32,000 nt of DNA from Promethearchaeum syntrophicum (GTDB taxonomy: Archaea; Asgardarchaeota; Lokiarchaeia; Sigyniarchaeales; Promethearchaeaceae), in NCBI RefSeq assembly GCF_008000775.2, contig NZ_CP042905.2, positions 600,001 to 632,000 of the forward strand, written 5' to 3'. Shown one piece after another: positions 18,743-27,933 of the stretch. Made by a program: the position numbers and the translations under genes. Within the stretch, counting starts at the first letter, position 1. Each line of letters begins with the position of its first letter. The notes below the pieces were generated by a model. The model did no database searches. It was not told the DNA's origin and saw only the letters and a list, made by a program, of their open reading frames with translations.

Positions 18743-19125
18743 ATGAAAAAACTATTTAAATTGTTGATCTTGTTATGAATGTTAGAAAATAATTCATTAT
18801 GTAATGGTTTGAATGAGAACCTTTTTAAAAAACATGTCAAATCATTTCTATTTAAAGAAAACTATAGTATTAGTTTAGAAAATTACTTGAAATTGGTAAT
18901 AGAAATTAAAGATATATCAATCGTTTTTAATTGATTGAAATTTCGTTTAAATCAAAAAATTATAATATCTCAATATTTTTCAAGAATTTTTCATGATTTT
19001 CTTTTTCATACAACGAATTCCTTTCAGTTTTATTCTAAATGCCTCTTATTTCCGTATATTGATGATACATTGAATGAAAAAACGTTTTTAGAAAATTTAA
19101 AAAAAAGAAAAAATTCCTATAGAAT

Positions 19126-22100
19126 ATGAGTAATGAAAATCCATTTGAAGTTTATGATTTAAATGAAATATTGAAATCAGATATTCCGCATATAATACAA
19201 AAGAATAATAGTGAATTATTAGAAAATAATTTCAAATTAAATCCTCAAAATTATTCTACATATCAAATTAATATAATTCAGAATATACAAGAAAAATTGA
19301 AAAAACAAGAATTAGATATTGGAGATAAAATATTTGCATTGGAATTAATTCTAATTTCCATAGAATTAGATTTTGATATAGATAATTCAACCAAAGATTT
19401 AATATGGGAATTTATGATTAATCATATTCTTCCAACAGGTGCATTAAATTGGGAAAAGTATAAAATTCTTTTAAAAATTGTTAAAGTTGAAGATATCAGC
19501 AATATAATTGAAAAAAATCCTGCATTAAGTGAATTATTTTTTGATGCTTATCCCGAAAGAAATGCTGAATTTTTTAAAATATGCATTAAATATGAGAAAT
19601 GGGCGATAGCTCGAAAAATTTTAGAAAATTATAATAATTTGATACCCGAAAATTTAGAAGATGTAAAAAAATTGTTTGAAAATTATTATATCAATCATTC
19701 AACACTAAAGAAAATGCAAAATAATCTTGATCCATCGATTCTAAATGAATTAAATGGTATTAGAATCAAAAGAAAAGAAAATTGGATTGAACAATTACAG
19801 ATAAAATTAAAAATTATTGAGGAAGAAGGTATCAATCCGAAAAAAGATATGTATCAGTTACAATATAATTTATCATTTATAATAGACACTTTTTCAGGAT
19901 TAGAACTTGAAAAAATTTCTATAGATTGTCTTAATGCTTTAAAAAATCCATCAAATGATAGGTGGGTCAATATGATTTTATTAGAAATTATATTTTTTAA
20001 TAGTAAGATTATCTCTTCCTTAATCCCTCGCATTGAGGAGTATGGTTTTGAAAATCTTCTTTTTTTTTATTATTACAATAATCCTGATTTACTTCTAGGT
20101 AAACAAACTTCTTGGTTCGTTAAATACAAAGATCGAGGATTAGATATTGCAAAAATTTACCTAAGTCGGTTAGGATACGAAAATAGACCTACTATGCATT
20201 TATTTTCATTATTTATTTCTAATGATTTTCAACCAATTGAAGCTCTTCTAGAATTATGTTTGACAAATTCTTCCACTAAATCAGAAATCCAAGAAATAAT
20301 AATGGAAAAAATAATATCCATAGATTTTTCAAGAATTAAAGAAATTCCTAATGGGATCTCTTATTTGACTATTCTACTTAATAATCATGGCTTTTCCGAA
20401 TGGTACTTTAAATTTCCGATAGACTTTTCTATAAAGAAAATATTAGAATTAAAAGACAATTGCGAAGAACTACATGAATTTCTCAATGGGACAACATTTT
20501 GGGATATTGTAAGCAGAATGGAGTCCAAATTCCATCAATTTTTTATTAACCTTCTTATTGATAAGAACCAAAAGTCTATTTTATATTTAATTGATTCATA
20601 TCCTGAAATATTTATGGCAAATATTGATATTTTTATCACTAAAATCTCTGAAAGAGATAATATGACTTCAAGTGATTTGAAAATTATTAATTTACTTTTA
20701 AAAAAGAAATCAATTTCATTTACTATAGGAAAAGATTTGAATAAATTTATTGAAATGAAACAACTAAATTATCAAAAAGTAAGATTGTTGCACACATTGG
20801 GAAAATATTCTGAATTAATTGATTTAATTATAGAATTGATGAATCTTCCTTACATTAATCCAAAATTCAAGATAATATTGTGGTTGGATTATATTTCATT
20901 ATGCCTAGAATATTCATTAGAAGATCTAAACGAAGAATTTGTTAAACAATTAATATTTTCCATTAATAATTGTTATGAAAAGAGTAAATCCGCTTTTTCT
21001 CATAATGATTGGGATTTTTTTCTCAAATATTATTATATAATTGGTAGATTATATCTTGTGCAATATCAAAAAAATCCAGATGAAGATAAAAATCATTTAC
21101 TTGAAAAATCAAAACAATTATTTATTGAAGGATTAAAATATTCTACTGATATTGAAACAAACTCTCTTCTTTCAGAATTAATTATTGTAACAGAAATCGA
21201 TCTCAGTGCAAAATCTCTAAAAAAAGATATTACAAAGTTTACACATTTATCATTATTAAATGATTTTTTGATTAGAACTAATCCTCCTCTTTTTTCAATA
21301 GAAAGAAATATATTGACTGCTTGCTTCCATCTTGAAATTGCAGAAAAAAATAGCAAAAATCCTCTATTTAGCTGGGATAAAAATAAAAAACTTATATACA
21401 CATGGGATTATTTACCTCCTTTTGATGAAAAATCTCCTCTTTTTAGGTTAATGATACATAAATCAATAATAACTGAAAAATTACAAAATTATTCTCTATT
21501 AATTAGAAGTAAATTGAAGATTAACGAAGAAAATGAAATTCCCATTTCGATGGGAGTGCAATCAGATTGGTATGTTGCAGAATTTAAATTAAATTTATTC
21601 GATGTTGATTCTTTATCTGCATTTGAACTATTTTTCAAAAAAAAGGATGATTTTCCTTCTTATGAAGCAAATCTTCCTTTAATAGGTAAAATTATTCCAA
21701 AAGAAATGCATTTAATGGAACTAATCGAAAGAGAAATTGTATTATGCTGTGAAATAATTCAAAATAGGCATATTATATTAAAAAAAAATTTAGAAATTCC
21801 TTTAAATGATTTATTGACTGATTTTTTAAGACAAGGACTTAAAACATACAATATTGATGTTAATCAAGAACAGAGAGGTGGAAAATCTAAAAAGATTGAA
21901 GGAGAAATAGATATATCTTTCTATTATCAAGGAGGGCATCGTATTACTATTTTAGAAGCATTATTATATAACAACACTCATGTAGAACATTATGAGAAAT
22001 TGGTCAAAAATTATGATGCTATTGGTCGATTAAGAAATTTCATTTTAATTTATTATATTGGTGATAGTTTCTACCAATTTGTTGAAAACTACAAAGAAAA

Positions 22101-22248
22101 TATATCTAAATCTAAAATATTTGAAAGATTTGAACCATATAGGCGAACTTTTGATTCCACAGAAATACGAATTTTAAAATCAATTCAGAAGAATTTTAAT
22201 TCTAAATTTAATGTCATTCATTTTATTGTACACTTAAGAAATCCTTGA
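19126..22248 (+). CDS. Large (1040 aa) mostly helical protein with restriction-endonuclease-like C-terminal domain
   Basis: Long Asn/Lys/Ile/Leu-rich helical body; C-terminus EGEIDISFYYQGGHRITILEALLYNNTHVEHYEKLVKNYDAIGRLRNFILIYYIGD resembles a degenerate PD-(D/E)XK core. Confidence 0.55.
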   Translation: MSNENPFEVYDLNEILKSDIPHIIQKNNSELLENNFKLNPQNYSTYQINIIQNIQEKLKKQELDIGDKIFALELILISIELDFDIDNSTKDLIWEFMINHILPTGALNWEKYKILLKIVKVEDISNIIEKNPALSELFFDAYPERNAEFFKICIKYEKWAIARKILENYNNLIPENLEDVKKLFENYYINHSTLKKMQNNLDPSILNELNGIRIKRKENWIEQLQIKLKIIEEEGINPKKDMYQLQYNLSFIIDTFSGLELEKISIDCLNALKNPSNDRWVNMILLEIIFFNSKIISSLIPRIEEYGFENLLFFYYYNNPDLLLGKQTSWFVKYKDRGLDIAKIYLSRLGYENRPTMHLFSLFISNDFQPIEALLELCLTNSSTKSEIQEIIMEKIISIDFSRIKEIPNGISYLTILLNNHGFSEWYFKFPIDFSIKKILELKDNCEELHEFLNGTTFWDIVSRMESKFHQFFINLLIDKNQKSILYLIDSYPEIFMANIDIFITKISERDNMTSSDLKIINLLLKKKSISFTIGKDLNKFIEMKQLNYQKVRLLHTLGKYSELIDLIIELMNLPYINPKFKIILWLDYISLCLEYSLEDLNEEFVKQLIFSINNCYEKSKSAFSHNDWDFFLKYYYIIGRLYLVQYQKNPDEDKNHLLEKSKQLFIEGLKYSTDIETNSLLSELIIVTEIDLSAKSLKKDITKFTHLSLLNDFLIRTNPPLFSIERNILTACFHLEIAEKNSKNPLFSWDKNKKLIYTWDYLPPFDEKSPLFRLMIHKSIITEKLQNYSLLIRSKLKINEENEIPISMGVQSDWYVAEFKLNLFDVDSLSAFELFFKKKDDFPSYEANLPLIGKIIPKEMHLMELIEREIVLCCEIIQNRHIILKKNLEIPLNDLLTDFLRQGLKTYNIDVNQEQRGGKSKKIEGEIDISFYYQGGHRITILEALLYNNTHVEHYEKLVKNYDAIGRLRNFILIYYIGDSFYQFVENYKENISKSKIFERFEPYRRTFDSTEIRILKSIQKNFNSKFNVIHFIVHLRNP

Positions 22249-22310
22249 AACTTTCATATATTTATAATAATAAATTTTCTCACATTTTTTTGCTTTTATC
22301 ATTTCATTTT

Positions 22311-22433
22311 TTAAGATTTAAGTATTTAGTAATAAAATATTTATGCTGAAATTTTTGATTGAATGTATGGCATTACAATGCCCCTGAGATTTACCCTACT
22401 GGGGTGGATTTATTTTTCGCTTTTTCCTATTAT
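22311..22433 (+). repeat. Right direct repeat flanking the defence island
   Basis: ttaagatttaagtatttagtaataaaatatttatgctgaaatttttgattgaatgtatggcattacaatgcccctgagatttaccctactggggtggatttatttttcgctttttcctat; matches 9971-10103. Confidence 0.9.
22369..22420. terminator. Two short hairpins plus T-rich tract in the right repeat
   Basis: ggcatt-ac-aatgcc (22369-22382) and accc-tactg-gggt (22393-22405); stem bases are identical to the left copy while the second loop differs. Confidence 0.4.
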
Positions 22434-22437
22434 ATAA

Positions 22438-22980
22438 CTAGAATTTAATCTGTGAGTGAATATTCTCCCAGAAGAAACCCAAAGCATCCAATTTCTTTCC
22501 TCCATAAGTGAGAGTTTTATGAAATTTTGGAATACCCCCCATTTTGAGATAGAAATTACATGCAGAATTATCCTTCAACGCCCAAATAACCATTGTTTTA
22601 TAATTCATATCTAAGAAAGATTTAACTATTGCATTGAAAAGTAATGTGCCTATTCCTTGTTTCCAGTATTTAGGAAGAATATAAATCGCGTTTAGGTCAC
22701 CGTCGATATCATAATCATCATAAGAACTCCGACCACCCATGGAAAACCCGACAATATCAGTTCTATATTGAGAAGAAATTTCTGCCACAAACATTTCCTT
22801 CTTGTTTTTACCCAAATTTCTAATTCTTTGTGACCATGCCGGAATTTTATCAACTATAGAACGAGAATCTAGATAATCTTGAGGAATTATGCCTTTATAC
22901 GCTACTTTCCACGTGTTAATATTGATAGATGCAATAGCTGAGGCATCAGAAACAACTGCTTTTCTAATCGATACATTCAT
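22438..22980 (-). CDS. GNAT family N-acetyltransferase
   Basis: IRKAVVSDASAIASINI...WKVAYKGIIPQDYLD...LNAIYILPKYWKQGIGTLLFNAIVKSFLD...ALKDNSACNFYLKMGG. Confidence 0.9.
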   Translation of the reverse strand: MNVSIRKAVVSDASAIASININTWKVAYKGIIPQDYLDSRSIVDKIPAWSQRIRNLGKNKKEMFVAEISSQYRTDIVGFSMGGRSSYDDYDIDGDLNAIYILPKYWKQGIGTLLFNAIVKSFLDMNYKTMVIWALKDNSACNFYLKMGGIPKFHKTLTYGGKKLDALGFFWENIHSQIKF

Positions 22981-23020
22981 TAAAATAAAAAATAGAGAAA
23001 AGAAGAAAAAACTTTCTCAA

Positions 23021-23533
23021 TTATTCAATTAAAATAAAAGTTTCACCTTTGGCACCACAAATAGGACATACTTCAGGGATTTCACCTTCAACAGTAAATC
23101 CACATACAGGACAAACAGACATTTCTTTTGCAGGTAAATCTTCACCCTTTTCTGCAGCGACTAAAACATCATTATATAACTTATGATGAATTTTCTCCAC
23201 TTCGTTTGCATAATTGAATGAAATTTCAGCTTTCTTATTACCATCTTGTTTGGCGTGTTCTAGCATCTCAGGGTACATTTTAGAAAATTCGTAATGCTCC
23301 CCTTCGATTGCTTCCTTTACATTTTCAACAGTGGTTTTTATTCCACCCCAAGCGCGGAGATGATTATGTGCATGAACGGTCTCTGCAGCGGCGGCAGCTC
23401 TAAAAACTCTAGCAATTTGTTTTAAACCTTCATTATCTGCTTTTTTTGCGAATGCTAAATATCTTCTATTTGCTTGACTTTCCCCTGCAAATGCAGCCAT
23501 TAGATCGTCTTCAGATTTTGTCATTTTTTTCAC
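23021..23533 (-). CDS. rbr: Rubrerythrin
   Basis: DLMAAFAGESQANRRYLAFAKKADNEG...EIEKIHHKLY and C-terminal rubredoxin-like CPVCGFTVEGEIPEVCPICGA. Confidence 0.95.
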   Translation of the reverse strand: MKKMTKSEDDLMAAFAGESQANRRYLAFAKKADNEGLKQIARVFRAAAAAETVHAHNHLRAWGGIKTTVENVKEAIEGEHYEFSKMYPEMLEHAKQDGNKKAEISFNYANEVEKIHHKLYNDVLVAAEKGEDLPAKEMSVCPVCGFTVEGEIPEVCPICGAKGETFILIE

Positions 23534-23537
23534 GTTA

Positions 23538-23912
23538 TTATTGATTGGCCCAAAGACCGTGTTTATTACAATATTCTCGGGCTTTTACATTGACATTATG
23601 GATTGGAAATTCAGCTTCGGGTGCATCACCGGGATTTAAGTATTTTCGATATACCATACTTCCATCAATAACTTCAATCATGGTAATCCAATGATCGGTC
23701 ACCATTGGGTGTAATGCTGCTTTACCTACAATAACTTTGATACCATTTTCAGATTTCTCCACAAACGGTACGTGTTTTTCATTTTTAAAATCGGCGGTTT
23801 TTTCTTCGAGTTGGGTCATATCTTCGCAAGCGCAACCGGCTTCTTCACAAGCGGTTCCTTCAAAAATTTTATCCCATGCCTCGTCACAATGTTTACATTT
23901 ATATATATCCAT
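23538..23912 (-). CDS. Desulfoferrodoxin/superoxide reductase
   Basis: EKHVPFVEKSENGIKVIVGKAALHPMVTDHWITMIEVIDGSMVYRKYLNPGDAPEAEF...KAREYCNKHGLWAN: SOR iron ligands. Confidence 0.92.
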   Translation of the reverse strand: MDIYKCKHCDEAWDKIFEGTACEEAGCACEDMTQLEEKTADFKNEKHVPFVEKSENGIKVIVGKAALHPMVTDHWITMIEVIDGSMVYRKYLNPGDAPEAEFPIHNVNVKAREYCNKHGLWANQ

Positions 23913-24149
23913 TTTTAATTCACATCTTATATTTTTAATAGAGTTTGCGCAAATTTAACGCAATATTCAGTAAAATTAAATTTATTCTATAAAAAAATAA
24001 TCAAATAATAGTTAATTAAAAATGCACTTAAATGTCATTCTTTATTATTAAAATATTTTCTTAAGATTTGCTTAAACAATATAAATTGAATTGAATCACA
24101 TATCTAATATTAACATTGAAAGAGAGATTTTTTAAATATCCGCTTAAAT

Positions 24150-25385
24150 TTGAATAGAATGATGATTGAAGTAACCTCGAACCGATTGAATTTAATACCT
24201 TATATTTCTGAATTATTAGAATATAATTTTATAATATATTCGATATTTGAAGGAACAATTCCGGGGAAAGTATATGTTGATAAGCTACCTACTCCTAACG
24301 TAGTACTTGTGTGGGACGGGACTAGCGATTCTGGAATTTATATAGAAGGGCAATATTCCCCCCAACTTGCTAAAGATATTAATCGAATAATTCTCCAAGA
24401 GATTTTTAAAGAATCAGAGACTTACGAAAAATGTCTCGATTTCACTTGCTGTTGGGCACCTCATGCTGAATGGGAAGAACATTTAGATGATGAAATATTT
24501 AAAAGCATTTTAATTCAGCGAAATAGACGATCTTTCTACATATTTAATAGACATCAAGAAAAAGGATACAATTGGAAGATTCTTTTACCCAAACATTTAA
24601 CCATGATTTTGTATGAACGAAACACTCAAAATTCAAGTAGTTCAAAGTTTTCTAACCTAAATAATAAGCTTTCTGATAGAACAATTGATATACAGAAGTT
24701 TGAATTTTTTTCCAAACTCAACGAAACTCTCCAGCATTCAAAAGATCCTTTTGCTTGTGTAATTGCTGACATTAAAAATCAAAAACTCATCACTCGTGTC
24801 TTTTCGGATTGGAATTCTGAAAAACATATCGAAATTGGTATTTTTACAGATCCGAAGTATCGAAAGCAAGGATTAGGATCTATTACGGTAGGAGCAATGA
24901 TTGAAATTGCATTGGAACGTGGATATGATCATATTGGTTGGCATTGTTGGATAGAAAATGAAGCTTCCGCAAAAACAGCATTAAAAGCTGGATTCAAATT
25001 TGATCGAACTCATCCTATTCGACATGCCTGGTATAATCAATTTGATAATTTAATGGTTCATGACGACTATCTAATCGAGAATCAACAGTTTGAAGAATCC
25101 ATTTTGATATTTAATGATTTGTTGGAACATATTGAGAATCAAACTTTAGCATATAAAACATCTTATTTTCGGCAGCAAACTTATTATTCTCGATGGCTTC
25201 AATTTTTACAAATTATTAATTATGCAAATACCCCAAACGAAGATAGTGCAATAAAAGCTCTTTTAAACCGGATTAAAGGGGGAATTGATAATCCACAAGC
25301 CTTTATTGAGGAGTTACATTCAAAAATCTTAACAAAAAGCATCTGGCAAAATACAGAATGGCAGAATTTGATTGAAAATTTATAA
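24150..25385 (+). CDS. Protein with C-terminal-half GNAT acetyltransferase domain
   Basis: EIGIFTDPKYRKQGLGSITVGAMIEIALERGYDHIGWHCWIENEASAKTALKAGFKFDR. Confidence 0.8.
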   Translation: MNRMMIEVTSNRLNLIPYISELLEYNFIIYSIFEGTIPGKVYVDKLPTPNVVLVWDGTSDSGIYIEGQYSPQLAKDINRIILQEIFKESETYEKCLDFTCCWAPHAEWEEHLDDEIFKSILIQRNRRSFYIFNRHQEKGYNWKILLPKHLTMILYERNTQNSSSSKFSNLNNKLSDRTIDIQKFEFFSKLNETLQHSKDPFACVIADIKNQKLITRVFSDWNSEKHIEIGIFTDPKYRKQGLGSITVGAMIEIALERGYDHIGWHCWIENEASAKTALKAGFKFDRTHPIRHAWYNQFDNLMVHDDYLIENQQFEESILIFNDLLEHIENQTLAYKTSYFRQQTYYSRWLQFLQIINYANTPNEDSAIKALLNRIKGGIDNPQAFIEELHSKILTKSIWQNTEWQNLIENL

Positions 25386-25537
25386 GTTAAGATTAGAATT
25401 ACTCGGTAAAAAAAAAAAATCTAACAGAAAGTAAAAGTAGTAAATATCGTAAAGCGATTTTAATGGGGAAAAAGTAAATTATGATGATAAAGGATTTCTT
25501 AGATAAATTTTTTCTTTAGTAAGTTCATCTTATTGTT

Positions 25538-26002
25538 ATGAAGTTTTCAAAACTTATTCAAAAAAAGCAGAAAAAACCATCTAAAAAGTTCAAAAAACCT
25601 AAAGGAGCAATTTGGATTTTCTTCAGCTACACCACAAAAGATCTCAAAGAATTTCATATTAAAGGACTGGCAAAGGCTCTTGAGAAATATGATGAGTATG
25701 ATCAAGTTCTGATTTTGAAAGAAAAAACCACAGATAGTATTATTGAAAACATGGATTTTTATATTAAAAATGTAAATGCTTTGGTGCTCTTTTGTAGTAA
25801 AAGTTCAAAAATATCTGAAGCGGTTCAAAACGAATGGGAATCGGCAGAAGCTATAGGGATACCAATTATTCCAGTATTTAAAACTACTAATCACGTACCC
25901 GCACTTCTAAGGGCGAAAAATGGAGTTAATTTCACAAAAAATCCCCTACAAAATACAATAAATAAATTACATGAAAATCTCCAGCGAAAAATAATAAAAT
26001 AA
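25538..26002 (+). CDS. Stand-alone TIR-like domain protein
   Basis: IWIFFSYTTKDLKEFHIKGLAKALEK...NMDFYIKNVNALVLFCSKSSKISEAVQNEWESAEAIGIPIIPVFKT: TIR boxes including a WE motif after the (S)xxS region; Lys-rich N-terminus. Confidence 0.75.
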   Translation: MKFSKLIQKKQKKPSKKFKKPKGAIWIFFSYTTKDLKEFHIKGLAKALEKYDEYDQVLILKEKTTDSIIENMDFYIKNVNALVLFCSKSSKISEAVQNEWESAEAIGIPIIPVFKTTNHVPALLRAKNGVNFTKNPLQNTINKLHENLQRKIIK

Positions 26003-26091
26003 CCTCTTACAACCGAAAAACTTGGTTATAAGTCTTAAATGCTCTGGTTGATGAGTTCGATAAATAGTTATCTTCCGGAGCCTCAAGTGGA

Positions 26092-27051
26092 TTAATTTTT
26101 TATACGACACCCATTTGATTTTAATTCTTCCATCCATGAATTTATTTCTGGTTTAAATTCTTTCCAATTATTTTCTTCTAACCAGAAAGTTCTTAGATTT
26201 TTTAATTTAATTATGGAAACAGGTAATTCTGATAGATTATTTTTCGAAATTATCAAATTAGAAAGTTTACTAAGATTTCCTATCCATTCCGGCAATATTG
26301 ACAGCTTATTTCCGAAAATATTTAAATCTTGCAAATTAATTAAATTTTTATAAGAATCTGGGAGATTTGAAAGGTTATTTCGATATAATGACAGTTCAAT
26401 TAAATTGCGCAAATTTCCAATTTCATCAGGTAATTCAGAAATAAGGTTGTCTCCAAGAGTTAGTTCCCGTAAATTTTTTAATTCAGAGATCCATGATGGA
26501 ATTTCTGTGAGAAGATTTTTATAGAGAACTAAACGGGTTAAAAGTGTCATTAATTTAACCCATTCTGGAATTTCCTGTAAATTCAACCCGAATAGATATA
26601 AGTATTCTAAGGTTTTGATCTCTGAAATCCATGACGGAATTTCTTCTAAAGGATTTCCTCCAATATTTAGGGCTTTCAACATTGTAAAATCTTTAAACCA
26701 TTCTGGAACGATCGTAAATCCATTGTATTGAATATGCAACTGCGAAAATGCTGTTAACTGAGTTAGATTTTGGGGAAGGTTTGTTAATTTATTATTCGCT
26801 ACCCAAAGATAGTTAAGTGATTTTAAATCACCTATACTCTCGGGAATGACTTCCAACGCTTGTCCTTGTAAAGCTAAAGCTAAAATTCTCCCCTTTTGGG
26901 CAATAAATCCATACATATTCCGATTTAAGTTTTGAAGGGAGGGAATTTGGGAACCAGTAAGCACTTCAAGAGATAGTAAAAATTCATATTCCTCTTTATG
27001 AAGCGCAGTTCCGTAATAATCTTTCAACTGATTTTCATTAGGTTCTGTCAT
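26092..27051 (-). CDS. Leucine-rich repeat protein
   Basis: About ten LxxLxxLxxLxLxxNxLxxLPxxI repeats, e.g. LRNLIELSLYRNNLSNLPDSYKNLINLQDLNIFGNKLSILPEWI. Confidence 0.9.
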   Translation of the reverse strand: MTEPNENQLKDYYGTALHKEEYEFLLSLEVLTGSQIPSLQNLNRNMYGFIAQKGRILALALQGQALEVIPESIGDLKSLNYLWVANNKLTNLPQNLTQLTAFSQLHIQYNGFTIVPEWFKDFTMLKALNIGGNPLEEIPSWISEIKTLEYLYLFGLNLQEIPEWVKLMTLLTRLVLYKNLLTEIPSWISELKNLRELTLGDNLISELPDEIGNLRNLIELSLYRNNLSNLPDSYKNLINLQDLNIFGNKLSILPEWIGNLSKLSNLIISKNNLSELPVSIIKLKNLRTFWLEENNWKEFKPEINSWMEELKSNGCRIKN

Positions 27052-27053
27052 TT

Positions 27054-27932
27054 TTACCGCTTTCTCTTTGAAATTATGAGCTTTTCAAGCTTGTTCATAT
27101 CCAGATTCCGGGTATATAAAGGTGATTTATCTGTTTTATAAGCAACAGATGCTTCTGAAAATGTAGGTCTATCCTCGACTTTATAAAAAATACCTGTCGG
27201 ATATTTCCCAGTCTCAAGAGCTTTTGCAAAAGCAGCCTTTTGATCATGGATATCGTGAGATTCATCAAGTTCGTATGTGTTTTCTTTATACCATTTAAAA
27301 GTATTTAGTTTATTCATCGAAACGCACTGAACTAATGTATCAACCAATGCATAGCCCTTATGTTGGATCGCTTGTTTAATTATTTCTCTGGCTTGAGTCT
27401 TATTTCCCGCAAATATTCTGGCAATAAAAGTAGCACCCATCGCGATTGCAACCGCAAGTGGATTAAATGGTTCGTTAGTTACACCAGAAACTTGCACAGG
27501 AGTTTTCATCCCTTTTAGACTGGTAGGAGATGCTTGCCCTTTAGTTAATCCATAAATCATATTGTTGTGAACCATTTGTGTTATATTGACGTTTCTGGCA
27601 ATTTGAGCTAGAAAATGGTTTCCTCCTTCACCGTATGAACAACCATCACCCGAATTTACAATTACTGTTAATTTTGGATTGCACGCCTTAATGGCCATAG
27701 CAGCAGGAAGCGCACGTCCATGAAGTCCATTAAACATATGTCCTTTTGTATATTGTGGTAATTTTGCAGCTTGTCCAATTCCCGAAACAAATACAAGTTG
27801 CTCATTTGGAATTTTTAATTCAGCCAATGCTTGCCGGAGTAATTTTTGCGCTGTGAAATGTCCACATCCTGGACACCAAGCTTTCTCACAAGCCATATCA
27901 TAAGAATTCTCATCAATTTTATTAATCTCCAT
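27054..27932 (-). CDS. korB: 2-oxoacid:ferredoxin oxidoreductase beta subunit
   Basis: [18 protein letters not shown]...[13 protein letters not shown]-like start, [32 protein letters not shown]...[16 protein letters not shown] (TPP-binding). Confidence 0.95.
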   Translation of the reverse strand: MEINKIDENSYDMACEKAWCPGCGHFTAQKLLRQALAELKIPNEQLVFVSGIGQAAKLPQYTKGHMFNGLHGRALPAAMAIKACNPKLTVIVNSGDGCSYGEGGNHFLAQIARNVNITQMVHNNMIYGLTKGQASPTSLKGMKTPVQVSGVTNEPFNPLAVAIAMGATFIARIFAGNKTQAREIIKQAIQHKGYALVDTLVQCVSMNKLNTFKWYKENTYELDESHDIHDQKAAFAKALETGKYPTGIFYKVEDRPTFSEASVAYKTDKSPLYTRNLDMNKLEKLIISKRKR

Positions 27933-27933
27933 T

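Noticed and set aside
18779-18934. Small ORF MLENNSLCNGLNENLFKKHVKSFLFKENYSISLENYLKLVIEIKDISIVFN (51 aa) between the two nuclease-like genes
   Set aside because: Very AT-rich region, no recognisable motif or ribosome-binding signal; could be chance or a decayed fragment.
9971-22433. Island as prophage or classic transposon
   Set aside because: No integrase, transposase, capsid, portal or terminase genes, and no tRNA attachment site recognised; direct rather than inverted terminal repeats.
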